A DNA stretch of 64,000 bases from an uncultured Clostridia bacterium (GTDB taxonomy: Bacteria > Bacillota > Clostridia > TANB77 > CAG-508): assembly GCA_947629355.1 (NCBI GenBank), contig CANRDJ010000001.1, forward strand, positions 20,585 through 84,584. Reading direction: 5' to 3'. Under the pieces are notes generated by a model that did no database searches, was not told where the DNA came from, and worked only from the letters and a program-made list of their open reading frames with translations. Positions 21,788 through 32,352 of this stretch are shown here, piece after piece (within the stretch, counting starts at the first letter, position 1; each line of letters begins with the position of its first letter). The position numbers and the translations under genes are program-made.

Positions 21788-24700
21788 CTATATTCTTTCT
21801 TCCAGTACTTTTTTATTTATAATGTATATTCCAAATCCTAATATAAGCATACTTACTATTACTATTCCTATATACATTACTGGTGAACCTGTTGCTATTG
21901 ATACTATTAAGCTTGCTGTGCTTATATCATCTTCACCTAATTGTTTGTTCCCTGCTACAGAATCAAATTCTGTTATTCCTTGTAAGTTAGTGTTTTCTCC
22001 TATTTCACCTATATTTTCTATTGTTCCTGTACTATCTGATTTTAATGTTTTTGTTAATACTAATGTTACAGTTTTTGTTTCGCCTGCTTTTATTACTTGT
22101 TCTGATAATGTTTTGTTGTGTAGTACTTTATTTCCATCCATGTACCAATCTTTATTAGCTTCTGATGTAAATACTAGTCCATCTGGTAAATAGTCTATTA
22201 CATCACCTACATAGCCATCAACATCACCTTCATTTGTTACAGTTAAATCATATTCTACTAGCATTACTGTTCCTTCTATTTTCTTTGCTGATATTTCTAC
22301 TTTTGTAAAGTTTGTGTCTTCGTATTCGTAGGTGCTTGTTCCTGCACTATTTGTTAATACTACTTTGCTTATGTATTTATCTAATCTTAAATCGAATTTT
22401 GCATTTTGTATTAATCCTATGTCTATATTATTAATATCTTCATCTTGTAATGTAATTGTATCTGTTATTCCTACTGTTTTCGTCTCACCATTTATTTCTA
22501 TTTGTTTTGATATTGCATCTGAATTTGTTTCATCTGTTGCATCTGATGTTTGATATTTTGTTACTGCATATTTACTTGTATCATATTCAAATACTACTGT
22601 GTATTCACCTTTTTTGATGTTTTCAAATTTATATGTTCCTGTAAGTGATGTTGTGCTTTCAGCTATTTGTTTTCCTTCTTTATCTAATAGTATTACTTTT
22701 ACTGCTTGAAGAATTTGTTCGTTTTCATCTCTTATTCCATCTTTATTTTCATCAAGCCATGCAAGTCCTGAAATGCTATTTGACTCTTTTTCTTCTGGAG
22801 TATCACTTGGGTCTGTTGGATTGCTTGGGTCTGTTGGATCCGTTGGCTCGTTTGGATTGCTTGGGTCTGTTGGCTCGGTTGGATTGTTTGGGTCTGTTGG
22901 ATCCGTTGGCTCAGTTGGATCTGTTGGCTCAGTTGGATCATCATATTGAATTTGATCACTTACTATTGTATTTGTAATTGCATTTGATTCTAAGAAATCC
23001 TTATCGCCCAAATTAACTTTTGCAACATTTGTTATTTGTTTTGAATAAACACCATCATCTAAATCTAACACAGTTCCTGTAACCTCTATTGTCATAGTGT
23101 GTCCACCTAAGACTTCGGCTATGATATTTAATTCATTAGAAGCATAAATATCTTCTGAATCATCAAATACAGCTCCAGAACATTTTATATCATCAACAAA
23201 AATCTCTTCTGGAATATTATCAAATATATTAACTGGATATTGATATTCTGTTTCATTTGTTACTTTAATAGTATATTTAATTTCATCACCTACGTTTAAA
23301 GTTTCTGGAGAATCTGATTCCATTTGTATTTTCCAAACAGGATTTAATACTTTACTTGTATATACATTTGATGCATATTCTTTTTTATTATAAATTGCAA
23401 TAGCAGAGTTATCTATATTTATTTGACTAATATTGTTACCTAATTTATCAACAGATACTACAAATCTTTTTTCTAGTGTTTGACCTGCTTGTAAGTTATC
23501 AATAGTATATGTTAATTCTTGAGTTTCTTTATTATATTCCCAATCTTGATTGTATTCACGTTCATCTTCCCATATTGTTTGGTTTGGTACTTTAGATTTT
23601 AATTCTACATTATTCATGTCAGTACCTGTATTATTTTTTACCATTACTATATATTCGATTTCATCGTATTTAGTTAAAGATATAACCATATTAGCACGTC
23701 TTGATAAGCTAACAGTTAAATCTCCTTTTATTACCTGCACAGGTTCTGTTGTTAAGCTTGCTATTTCTGATTTATCTGTATTTTTTAAAGTTACTTTATT
23801 TACGATTTGTGTTGCTTGTTCTTTTACTTTTATTGTAACATCTTTTGATATTGTTTCTTCTGGAGCTATTGTTTCTATTTCCCAAGTTTTGTTTTTTGTA
23901 TTTTCGTCATCTGTGTATGTCATGCTTGTTCCTTGTGCTTCTGTTAATTCTGTAAGTATGGCATCACTTGGAACTATATAGTCTAAAGTAACATTGTTTA
24001 AAGCCTGCCCAGTTGTATTTTTTACTTTTAAATTATAAGTTATAATTTGTCCTTGATGAATAGTATTAGTCATTGTTTTTGCTTCTAATGCTATGTTTAT
24101 TCCATTTATATTTTGTTCAGCTGCTATAGCTTGTTCAGCATTTGTTATAAATTTTAGTGTTTCTTGTTTTTCTTCTTTTGCTACTGTTCCACTTACTTTT
24201 ATTGTACTTTCTTCAGCATTTGCTGTTTTTAATTCATATTTGTAGTTTAGTGTTACTGTTTCTCCTTGTTTTATATCGTTTTGTGGAACTATTTTAAATG
24301 ATTTTAAGCTTTCTAAGTTTTGTGCTTCTGTTTTCCAGCTATCTGAGTCTACTTGTGGATTTTCTTCTTCTGAATAATATACTTTTGCATCTTTTATGTT
24401 TGTTGCAATTTCAGAGCTTAATATTGCTTCTTGAGGAATTGTTCCTACTATTGCTTCGTTTGATAGTGCATTTTCATAGTTGTTTATCATTTGAGCACTT
24501 ACTTCTACTTTTTCATTTTGTTTTGCATTTACATTTACTGTAGTTTGATTTATTTTTTCTGCTACTTTTTCTCCTACTTTAATAGTAGATTTTGTTACTA
24601 ATCCTGATTTTGATACTATATTTATGTTGTTTGTTTTTTCTACTGTTTCTGCATTATTAATACATGTAGTTTTTATTTCTACATTTTTGTTTGCTATAAA

Positions 24701-26647
24701 TGAATCTGTTTTTAATTTTGCGTCTATAACTATAGTTGCTGCATTTGAAGAATATGCAACTTGCTCTCCTTTTAATTGAATTGCTATTACTTGGTTTCCT
24801 TCTTCATTTGTTGTTAAATTGTATGATTTTATGCTAAGTTTGCTATCTCCTACTACTGGTGTTATATGTTCTATTGATGCTTCTTTTATTTCTTTTGGTA
24901 ATACTATGTCTATAGTTGGATTTACAAAAAGTTTATTACTTTCGTCTTTTGATGTTAATTCTGCTGTTATTTTTACATTGTTTTGGCTTAAAGCTGATAT
25001 TGATGTTTTATCTAGTGATACATTAAATGTTGTTTTTGGTTCTAATAGTTTTGCTGTGCTTTCAATATTAGAATTTACTACTACATTATTGTTTGCATCT
25101 GTTACTGTTAATGTTTTATTTGTTTTTAATTCTGCTGATGATTGAGCTACAGCTGTGTTTGATATTTTTACTGCTTTTTCGTTTGTAATTTCTATTTTTC
25201 CTTCTGTTTGTGCTTTACTCATTTCTATTTCTATTTTATTTATATTGTTATCATAAGAAATTGTATAATAATCATCTTCTGTTTCTTCTGATAATGCTAT
25301 CTCTTTTATTGGAGTAGTTTTATTTTCTGCATTATATACTGTAATTGTACCTTCATTACCTAATAGTTTTAGAGCTTCTGCTTTGTTTATTTTTGTTGTT
25401 TTATAATATGTAGATATTCCTTCTTGTAATTGTTCTTCCGAATCTTTAAGTACTATACTGTTTGCTATTTTGCTATATGGTACATATATATTAGATGTTT
25501 CCTTATAATTTGTGTCTTCTCCAATATACATTTTTCCTTTATATATATTTCTTGTTATATTGTTTTCTAATTTTGCAATGTCTCCAGTTTCTGCTAATTC
25601 TTTTTGCTTAATTGTATTTGTTTTTTCTATTGCTCCTTTTGTTCTTCCATAAATTTCTGTTGTACTTTTTACATTAGAAACAAATGGAAGTATTTTTGTA
25701 CTTTCATTATATATATATGTAACTATAAATTTATCTTCGGCATTTTTTGCCCATGTAACGGCGTTTTCTTCGTTTGCATTATTTAATATTTGTATAAATG
25801 TTTTTCCTTCTTCTGAATTATATTCCCATGTGCTATTTTCTCCATTTGCAAATTCTAAATTTGTTTTTCCATTAGTAGCTTTAGTTGTATATCCTGCTAC
25901 TTTTACTTCTTCTGGTTCCATTCCTACTTCTGGATTTACTACTTCTATTAAACTAGATTTTACAGGGGCAACATTTTCTTTAAGTTTTGATGTTATTAAA
26001 ACTTGAATTACTCTTTTGTTGTTTCCGTCTATGTTGTATATTTTATTTGTAATTACTTCTTGGTTTAGTGAAATGTTTTCTTCTGTTAATTCATCTAAAG
26101 TCCATGATGCTTTTATTGCTTTAGTTGTATTAATATCTGTTACATTTCCATTCTCATCTATATATTCTCCTGTTAATTTTATTTGGCTTTGCATGTCTAA
26201 TAAGCTTAAATTGTATGATTCATCTTTTTTTGCTATTATTGGCAAGGCTACTGTTGTTCCTCTTTCTGATTGTACTGAATCTAATTTAAACTTTGTTACT
26301 TCTGAGTTGTTTTTTAATCTAAAGTTTGTATCTACAAGTTCTATTTCCGGATTTTTTAAATATCCTTTACCTTGTACTGCTACTGATATATATAGTTGCA
26401 TTTCCGATTCTATTTTTGCTGTTTTTTCTTTTACATTCCTATCATTTTCATCAAGATAAACTTCAAATTTTACATTCTTACTATTTGTTTCATTTCCTTG
26501 ATTCGATAAACTAATTTCTACTGCTATTGATTTTCCAATGTATGAACCGAAGCAAAGCAAAATTAGCAAATGTTAAAGTTAATATCAATATCGTTGCTAA
26601 TATTTTTACTCTCATCTTTCCAGTATTTAAATTTTTTAGATTAAACA
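21788..26647 (-). CDS. giant cell-surface protein (~1620 aa) with Ig-like/DUF11-type repeats, PT-rich linker and SdrD-B-type domain; 1-nt insertion near 26549
   Basis: True start is MFNLKNLNTGKMRVKILATILILTL.. (signal peptide, GAGGAA RBS). It joins ORF 21788..26569 after removal of G26549 (..ANFALLGSYIGKSIAVEIS). Contains a PTEPTDPTD linker, AWLDENKDGIRD...GEYTVVFEYD, and a C-terminal TM plus basic tail. Confidence 0.75.
22780..22960. repeat. in-CDS tandem 9-nt/18-nt DNA repeats encoding the Pro-Thr-Asp/Glu linker
   Basis: Reiterated GGxTCxGTTGG units. Spurious antisense ORFs 22645..22977 and 22732..22959 arise here. Confidence 0.7.
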
Positions 26648-26707
26648 TACCAAATTCCTCCCAAATAAAATTTAGTTTTATTGCATATTTTATATTTTTA
26701 TAGCATT

Positions 26708-26736
26708 ATTCTTACATTTTTATCTTTTATTGTCAA
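26708..26736 (-). promoter_or_regulatory. candidate promoter of the adhesin gene pair (TTGACA -35 with weak extended -10 TGtAAGAAT)
   Basis: Minus-strand TTGACAataaaagataaaaatgTAAGAAT about 60 nt upstream of the 26647 start. Confidence 0.4.
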
Positions 26737-26764
26737 TAGATGTTTTTTAGTATAATAGGTTTAA

Positions 26765-26791
26765 AAACATGTTTAGTAATAAAACATGTTT
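26765..26791. promoter_or_regulatory. two tandem perfect palindromes AAACATGTTT separated by 7 nt (candidate operator)
   Basis: AAACATGTTTagtaataAAACATGTTT lies just upstream of the adhesin promoter. A 12-mer TTGTCAATAGAT is duplicated at 26730 and 26972. Confidence 0.35.
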
Positions 26792-27002
26792 ACGGAAATA
26801 CAAAACACGTGCCTACAATTTATAAAAATTACATTTGTATGACATTTTTATTTCTAACAATTTTCGCTATAATAAATATGTGTATATATTTATTATATAC
26901 GGTTATGTAAACTTTTTCAAGTAATTTTTGAACTTTTTTTATGGTTTTTTGGAAAATAATTGAAAAAATTTGTCAATAGATTTTAAAAATAAATATAAAT
27001 TT

Positions 27003-27069
27003 AGGACAGCCTTTTTTTGTTTAAAAACAAACAAGATACTGTCCCTATAATTTTTTACACAAACAACGA
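27003..27069. repeat. MITE-family hairpin module (GGACAGCC...CTGTCCC) plus right arm ACACAAACAACGATTATTTT; 3' of patatin gene
   Basis: Shares the hairpin and the ACAAACAA..AATT arm with elements at 3890, 37629, 46996 and 50708. Confidence 0.5.
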
Positions 27070-27907
27070 TTATTTTAATGCTTCTTTTATTTTAATTATA
27101 TTATCTAATGTTTGTATGTAACCTTCTTTATAGCAAAATTCTAGTTTACTAATGCTAAAAGGTTTTATATCTTTTAAATCAATGTCTACTACATAATCAC
27201 TTGCTTTTATAGATTCTCTAATTAAGTTTTCGGTCATTAAGTCTAGCGATCGCATAGCTATATTATACATACTGTTTTGTTTTCTTGGATTTTTAAATTT
27301 AAATTTTATTGATATTACTTTATCTACTCCTAATTTTTTAGTTTCCTCAGTTGGTAAATTATCGAATATTCCTCCATCTACGAATTGATATTTTTTATAT
27401 TCAAATGGGGCATACATTCCAGGAAATGTTGAACTGGCTCTTACGGCTTTCCCAATTTCTATATCATGTATATATTCTTTACCTTTTACATCTGCACAGC
27501 TTGTAAATATTATTTCTTTATCTGATATTAAGTCAGTTGTAGGAATAGATATAGGCATCTTTATATCTTTTATGTTTTTTATTTCTTTTAATTTTGCAGC
27601 TTCTTCGATTGCAAGTTCTATATTGTGACTTGAAGTAATTCCCCCTAATCTTACTCCTCTTACTTCTTTCATACCATAAAATATATCTTTTGGAGATATT
27701 GCCATAACATATTTTGAAAAATAGTTAAATATTTTTAACATTTGATCTGTTTGGTATCCCATTGCATATAAAGCTGCAACCATACTTCCTGCAGATGTTC
27801 CTGCAATTGCATCTATTTTTATATTATTTTCTTGAAGAGCTTTAATTGCTCCAATATGTGCTGCTCCTCTTATTCCTCCGACCTGATAATGCTAATCCTA
27901 TTTTCAT
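27070..27907 (-). CDS. patatin-like phospholipase, 1-nt insertion near 27880
   Basis: Removing G27880 restores MKIGLALSGGGIRGAAHIGAIKAL... (GGxR oxyanion motif and GTSAG serine motif). AGGAGTG RBS. Confidence 0.75.
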
Positions 27908-28061
27908 ATTTCACTCCTTTATTTGTAGGGAAATGCATCTTTTACTTAGCATTTAGTTTAAGTGATAAATCTCAGTCATATGTATTACTTATAAATTGAT
28001 GAATATCCCTTATTTTACAAACCCACACTTGTGAATTTTGTCATTTTTTATTATCATCTTT

Positions 28062-28805
28062 TTAATTCTTTTTTTTTACTAACTTACTTACTACTTTTGC
28101 TGTGATTTTATCTGGTACAATTTTACTTAAAAACCTTATTATTTTATTATTGCCTCCTGGTAAAATTATATATTTACCTTTAAACATATTGTCTATTGCA
28201 TATCTTGCTACATATTTACTTGTCATTAATTTAGTTTTAAATTCTACGTTTGCTTTATTTACAAATGGAGTTTTTATAGGCCCTGGACATAAGGCACTTA
28301 CTTTTATGTTATAACCTTCTTGTTTTAATTCTTCATATATACTTTGCGTTAATTTTAGTACATATGCTTTAGTAGCATGATATGTTGCCATTTGTGGCCC
28401 TGGCAAAAATCCTGCAATTGATGACACATTTAATATATATCCAAAATTTTTCTTTTTCATTTCATAAAGGAATAGTTTGGTAAGTGTATGAACTGCACAT
28501 ATATTTGTATTTATCATGTTTAATTCTTTTATTAGATCTGTTTGCGTAAAGTTTCCACATATTCCAAACCCGGCATTATTTATTAATATATCAATATCTC
28601 CTATTTTTTTATATAATTCTATACAGTTTTCTGCATCTCCTAAATCCATACATATAATTTCTGATTTTGTTTTTATTTGCTTTTGTACTTCTTGTAATTT
28701 TTCTTGGTCTCTTGCTACTAATACTAAATCTATTCCTTGCTCGCTTAAATACATAGCCATTTCTTTTCCTATTCCAGATGATGCACCTGTTACTAATGCT
28801 TTCAT
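28062..28805 (-). CDS. SDR-family short-chain dehydrogenase/reductase
   Basis: TGASSGIG cofactor motif, NNAG, YxxxK (YHATKAY). Confidence 0.85.
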   Translation of the reverse strand: MKALVTGASSGIGKEMAMYLSEQGIDLVLVARDQEKLQEVQKQIKTKSEIICMDLGDAENCIELYKKIGDIDILINNAGFGICGNFTQTDLIKELNMINTNICAVHTLTKLFLYEMKKKNFGYILNVSSIAGFLPGPQMATYHATKAYVLKLTQSIYEELKQEGYNIKVSALCPGPIKTPFVNKANVEFKTKLMTSKYVARYAIDNMFKGKYIILPGGNNKIIRFLSKIVPDKITAKVVSKLVKKKN

Positions 28806-28825
28806 ATAATTCCTTCTTTCATTTT

Positions 28826-28975
28826 AATAAATTGTTGTTTGTTGAATTAAATTAATTTTTATATCCGTAGGGGCAGATTCCATATCTGCCCGCGAATTAT
28901 TTATTGTTTTTCGGGCGGAAATTGATTCCGCCCCTACACATTTGCAATAAATTTAACAAAACAAATTACAATTTG
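28826..28975. mobile_element. MITE-like element copy B1 (~150 bp): TIRs AATTGTTGTTTGTTGAATTAAATT / AATTTAACAAAACAAATTACAATT around a GC-rich three-way-junction core
   Basis: 100% identical to 45908..46058. Core = outer stem GTAGGGG/CCCCTAC enclosing hairpins GGGCAGAT-tccat-ATCTGCCC and GGGCGGA-aattgat-TCCGCCC. Confidence 0.7.
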
Positions 28976-29081
28976 TACATATATTGTGGTTATTATATCA
29001 AATATTTATAAAAATTAATAGTTTTTGCTTTATTTATTTTATTTTTTGTTATATAATCCTACTAATATTTGTTGGGGGTAA

Positions 29082-29396
29082 TTGAATTTGAAAAATTTTG
29101 GTTTGAATGAAAATGTTATGAATAGCATTAAAAATGTTTTTTGTAAATATCCACAAATAGATAGGGCTTGCATTTTTGGATCTCGTGCAAGAGGAGATTA
29201 TAAAGAGACTTCTGATATTGACATAGTCCTTTATGGAAATGATTTAACTCATTCTTTAAATACTAAAATTTTTTATGATTTAGAAGATTTATATATAATA
29301 TATAAAATTGATTTAATTAATTTTAATTCTTTAAAAGACGATGATAAACTAAAAGAAAATATTATAAATGAAGGGGTTGAAATTTATGCCAAATAA
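29082..29396 (+). CDS. minimal nucleotidyltransferase (MNT, Pol-beta superfamily); putative antitoxin of an MNT-HEPN module
   Basis: GSRARGD...SDID nucleotidyltransferase motif. The start may be the internal TTG at 29088 or the ATG at 29118. Confidence 0.7.
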   Translation: MNLKNFGLNENVMNSIKNVFCKYPQIDRACIFGSRARGDYKETSDIDIVLYGNDLTHSLNTKIFYDLEDLYIIYKIDLINFNSLKDDDKLKENIINEGVEIYAK

Positions 29397-29775
29397 TTTA
29401 ATTCAATCTTACGAAGTATTTAAAAATGCCTACCTGAAATTAGAACAGTTTATAAATGAAGATGATTATTCTGAAATTGCTAGGGCTGGTATTCTTCATG
29501 CTTTTGAATTTACGTTTGAACTTTGGTGGAAATTTTTACAAAGATACCTGGAAAACATATATGTGTTGGAAGAACATGGTCCAAGTAGTGTTATTAAAGT
29601 AGCATTTCAAAATGGAGTTATAAAAGATGGTCAGATATATATGGATATGTTAAGAGATAGAAATCTAATCTCACATACATATAAGGAAAATATGGCAAAA
29701 GAAATTTATTTAAGAATAAAAAATGAACATATTAATACATTAAAAATATTTGTAGAAAAATTTGATTTGATATAA
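29386..29775 (+). CDS. HEPN-domain protein (HI0074 / NTase-substrate-binding family); putative toxin
   Basis: R(x4-6)H motif RDRNLISHTY. Overlaps the MNT stop. AAGGGG RBS. Confidence 0.7.
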   Translation: MPNNLIQSYEVFKNAYLKLEQFINEDDYSEIARAGILHAFEFTFELWWKFLQRYLENIYVLEEHGPSSVIKVAFQNGVIKDGQIYMDMLRDRNLISHTYKENMAKEIYLRIKNEHINTLKIFVEKFDLI

Positions 29776-29800
29776 AATAGTTGCTCGAATGGAGGTTTTT

Positions 29801-32209
29801 ATGGAATATAATCATAAAAAAATTGAAAAGAAATGGCAAAATTATTGGGATGAGAAACAAACTTTTAAGGCAGTTACAGGAGATAAAAAAGAACCATATT
29901 ATATATTAGTAGAGTTTCCTTATCCTTCAGGTGCAGGTCTTCATGTTGGTCATGTGAGAAGTTATACTGCACAAGATGCTCTTGCTAGAATGAAAAGAAT
30001 GCAAGGATATAATGTTTTATATCCAATGGGCTGGGATGCTTTTGGGGCTCCTGCTGAACAATATGCAATTAAAAATCATATTCATCCAAAGGATGCTGTA
30101 AAAGAAAATATTAAAACCTTTAAAGGGCAAATGAAGGATTTAGGTTTTTCTTTTGATTGGTCTCGTGAATTTTCTACAACAGATCCAGAATATTATAAAT
30201 GGACACAATGGCAGTTCCTACAATTTTATAAACATGGAATGGCATATAAAGATACAATTCCTGTTAACTGGTGTCCTACTTGTAAATCTGTTTTATCTAA
30301 TGAGGACGCAGCAGGCGGAGTTTGTGAAAGATGTGGCACTGAGGTTGTTCAAAAAGAAAAATCTCAATGGATGCTTAGAATGAGTGATTATTCAGAAGAT
30401 TTATTGAAAGGACTTGATGATACTAATTTTGCGGATAGAGTAAAACTTGGTCAAATTAATTGGATTGGTAAATCTACTGGTGTTGAATTAGATGTTGAAA
30501 TAGTAGGTGGAGGCAAGTTTTCAATCTTTACAACTTGTATTGAAACAGTTTATGGTATTACATTCTTTGTTATTGCACCAGATGGAAAACTTATAAAGGA
30601 ACTAATGCCTAGAGTTAAAAATAAAGAAGAAGTTAATAAATATATTAATGAAACAGCAAAAAAATCAAGTATGGATAGAACAGAGTTAAATAAAGGAAAA
30701 ACTGGTTGCAAAGTGGAGGGAATTATGGCTATTAATCCTGTTAATGGCATGGAAGTTCCTATCTTCTTAGGTGATTTTGTATTAGGAGATTATGGTACAG
30801 GTGCTGTTATGGCTGTGCCTTCTCACGACCAAAGAGATTTTGAATATGCTGTAGAACATAACCTAGAAATGATTCAAGTTATAGATGGTAGAGATACAAC
30901 TGATAGTGCATTTGAAAAGCATGATTATTTGGGCAAAGGTTGCAAACTTATAAACTCTGAGGAGTTTACTGGTCTTACAGTTGAAGATGCAAAAGAAGCA
31001 ATTACTGAAAAACTAGTTAATAAGGGAATTGCAAGACGTGTAAATAATTATAAAATGAGAGATTGGATATTTTCACGCCAAAGATTTTGGGGTGAGCCAA
31101 TTCCTATGATTTATTGTGAAAAATGTGGATGGCAACCAATGGATGAGAAGGATTTACCATTACTTCTTCCTGATGTGGCTGAATATGAGCCTACAGAAGA
31201 CGGAGAAAGCCCACTTGCAAACATTAAGACATGGGTCAACACTACTTGTCCACATTGTGGTGGCAAAGCAAAAAGAGAAACAGATACTATGCCTAACTGG
31301 GCTGGTTCTAGCTGGTATTTCTTAAGATTTATGGATGCTCATAATGATAAAGAATTTGCTTCAATGGATGCTATGAAATATTGGAACAGAGTAGACTGGT
31401 ATAATGGAGGAATGGAACATACTGCAAGGCACTTATTATATGCTAGATTTTGGGTTCAGTTCTTATATAACATCGGTTTAGTTCCTAAAAAAGAAATGAT
31501 TTGGACTCGTGTTAGTCATGGTATGGTTTTGGGTTCTAATAACGAAAAAATGAGTAAATCTAAGGGAAATGTAATTAACCCTGATGATATCGTAAAAGAA
31601 TTTGGTGCAGATACATTAAGAATTTACGAAATGTTTATGGGAGATTATACTCAAGATGCTCCTTGGAGTACAGACTCTTTAAAGGGTTGTAAACGTTTTA
31701 TAGATAAAGTTATTCGTTTAAAAGATAAAGTTGGATCTGGAGAAGGATATTCTAAAAAATTAGAGCCTATTATCCACAAAACTATTAAAAAAGTAGAAAA
31801 TGATTTAAGTACAATGGCTTATAACACAGCTGTGTCAAGCCTAATGATTTTGGCAAATAGTTTTGATGATGAAAAGAGTATTACTAAAGACGAATACCAT
31901 TTGCTACTTACTTTGCTTAATCCTATTGCTCCTCATATTACAGAAGAGCTAAACGAATCTTTAGGATTTAAACCAATTTGCGAATCTTCTTGGCCAAAAT
32001 ATGATGAGTCAAAAACAATTGATTCAGAAATAGAAATTCCTGTTCAATTAAATGGAAAAGTAAAGGCTACTATAAAAATAGCTTTAGACAGTGAGGAAAA
32101 TATTGTAAAAGAAAAGGCTCATAGCGAAGTAGCAAATTTATTAGAAGGAAAAACTATTGTAAAAGAAATATATGTAAAGAATAAGATTTACAATATAGTA
32201 GTTAAATAG
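29801..32209 (+). CDS. leuS: leucyl-tRNA synthetase
   Basis: HVGH class-I motif (PYPSGAGLHVGHV) and KMSKS. Start is the ATG following the conserved TTGCTCGAATGGAGGTTTTTAT motif. Confidence 0.95.
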   Translation: MEYNHKKIEKKWQNYWDEKQTFKAVTGDKKEPYYILVEFPYPSGAGLHVGHVRSYTAQDALARMKRMQGYNVLYPMGWDAFGAPAEQYAIKNHIHPKDAVKENIKTFKGQMKDLGFSFDWSREFSTTDPEYYKWTQWQFLQFYKHGMAYKDTIPVNWCPTCKSVLSNEDAAGGVCERCGTEVVQKEKSQWMLRMSDYSEDLLKGLDDTNFADRVKLGQINWIGKSTGVELDVEIVGGGKFSIFTTCIETVYGITFFVIAPDGKLIKELMPRVKNKEEVNKYINETAKKSSMDRTELNKGKTGCKVEGIMAINPVNGMEVPIFLGDFVLGDYGTGAVMAVPSHDQRDFEYAVEHNLEMIQVIDGRDTTDSAFEKHDYLGKGCKLINSEEFTGLTVEDAKEAITEKLVNKGIARRVNNYKMRDWIFSRQRFWGEPIPMIYCEKCGWQPMDEKDLPLLLPDVAEYEPTEDGESPLANIKTWVNTTCPHCGGKAKRETDTMPNWAGSSWYFLRFMDAHNDKEFASMDAMKYWNRVDWYNGGMEHTARHLLYARFWVQFLYNIGLVPKKEMIWTRVSHGMVLGSNNEKMSKSKGNVINPDDIVKEFGADTLRIYEMFMGDYTQDAPWSTDSLKGCKRFIDKVIRLKDKVGSGEGYSKKLEPIIHKTIKKVENDLSTMAYNTAVSSLMILANSFDDEKSITKDEYHLLLTLLNPIAPHITEELNESLGFKPICESSWPKYDESKTIDSEIEIPVQLNGKVKATIKIALDSEENIVKEKAHSEVANLLEGKTIVKEIYVKNKIYNIVVK

Positions 32210-32213
32210 AAAT

Positions 32214-32242
32214 TCTGGCAAAGAAAAAATTTCTTTGCCAGA
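32214..32242 (+). terminator. intrinsic terminator of leuS
   Basis: TCTGGCAAAGAAA-AAA-TTTCTTTGCCAGA followed by TTTT. Confidence 0.7.
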
Positions 32243-32352
32243 ATTTTATATTTTTTAAAATATATTGACATTTTAGAACATTTGTTCTAAAATTGAACAT
32301 ATTAACACAAAATTAAATTTATATGATATAATAGTTAAGGGAATAATTATAT

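Noticed and set aside
15612-26647. Canonical LPxTG sortase signals on the two giant surface proteins
   Set aside because: No LPxTG/NPQTN/SPKTG present. Only weak motif-like KPTGE and ATGS precede the hydrophobic-basic tails, so cell-wall anchoring by sortase remains unproven.
26640-27069. Protein-coding potential in the 430-bp gap between adhesin and patatin genes
   Set aside because: No ORF with RBS. The region is AT-rich with promoter-like and palindromic motifs, so it is treated as regulatory or intergenic.
28976-29800. T-box riboswitch upstream of leuS
   Set aside because: The space is occupied by the MNT and HEPN genes. No T-box consensus (AATTAGGGTGGNACCGCG-like) or specifier-loop structure was seen.
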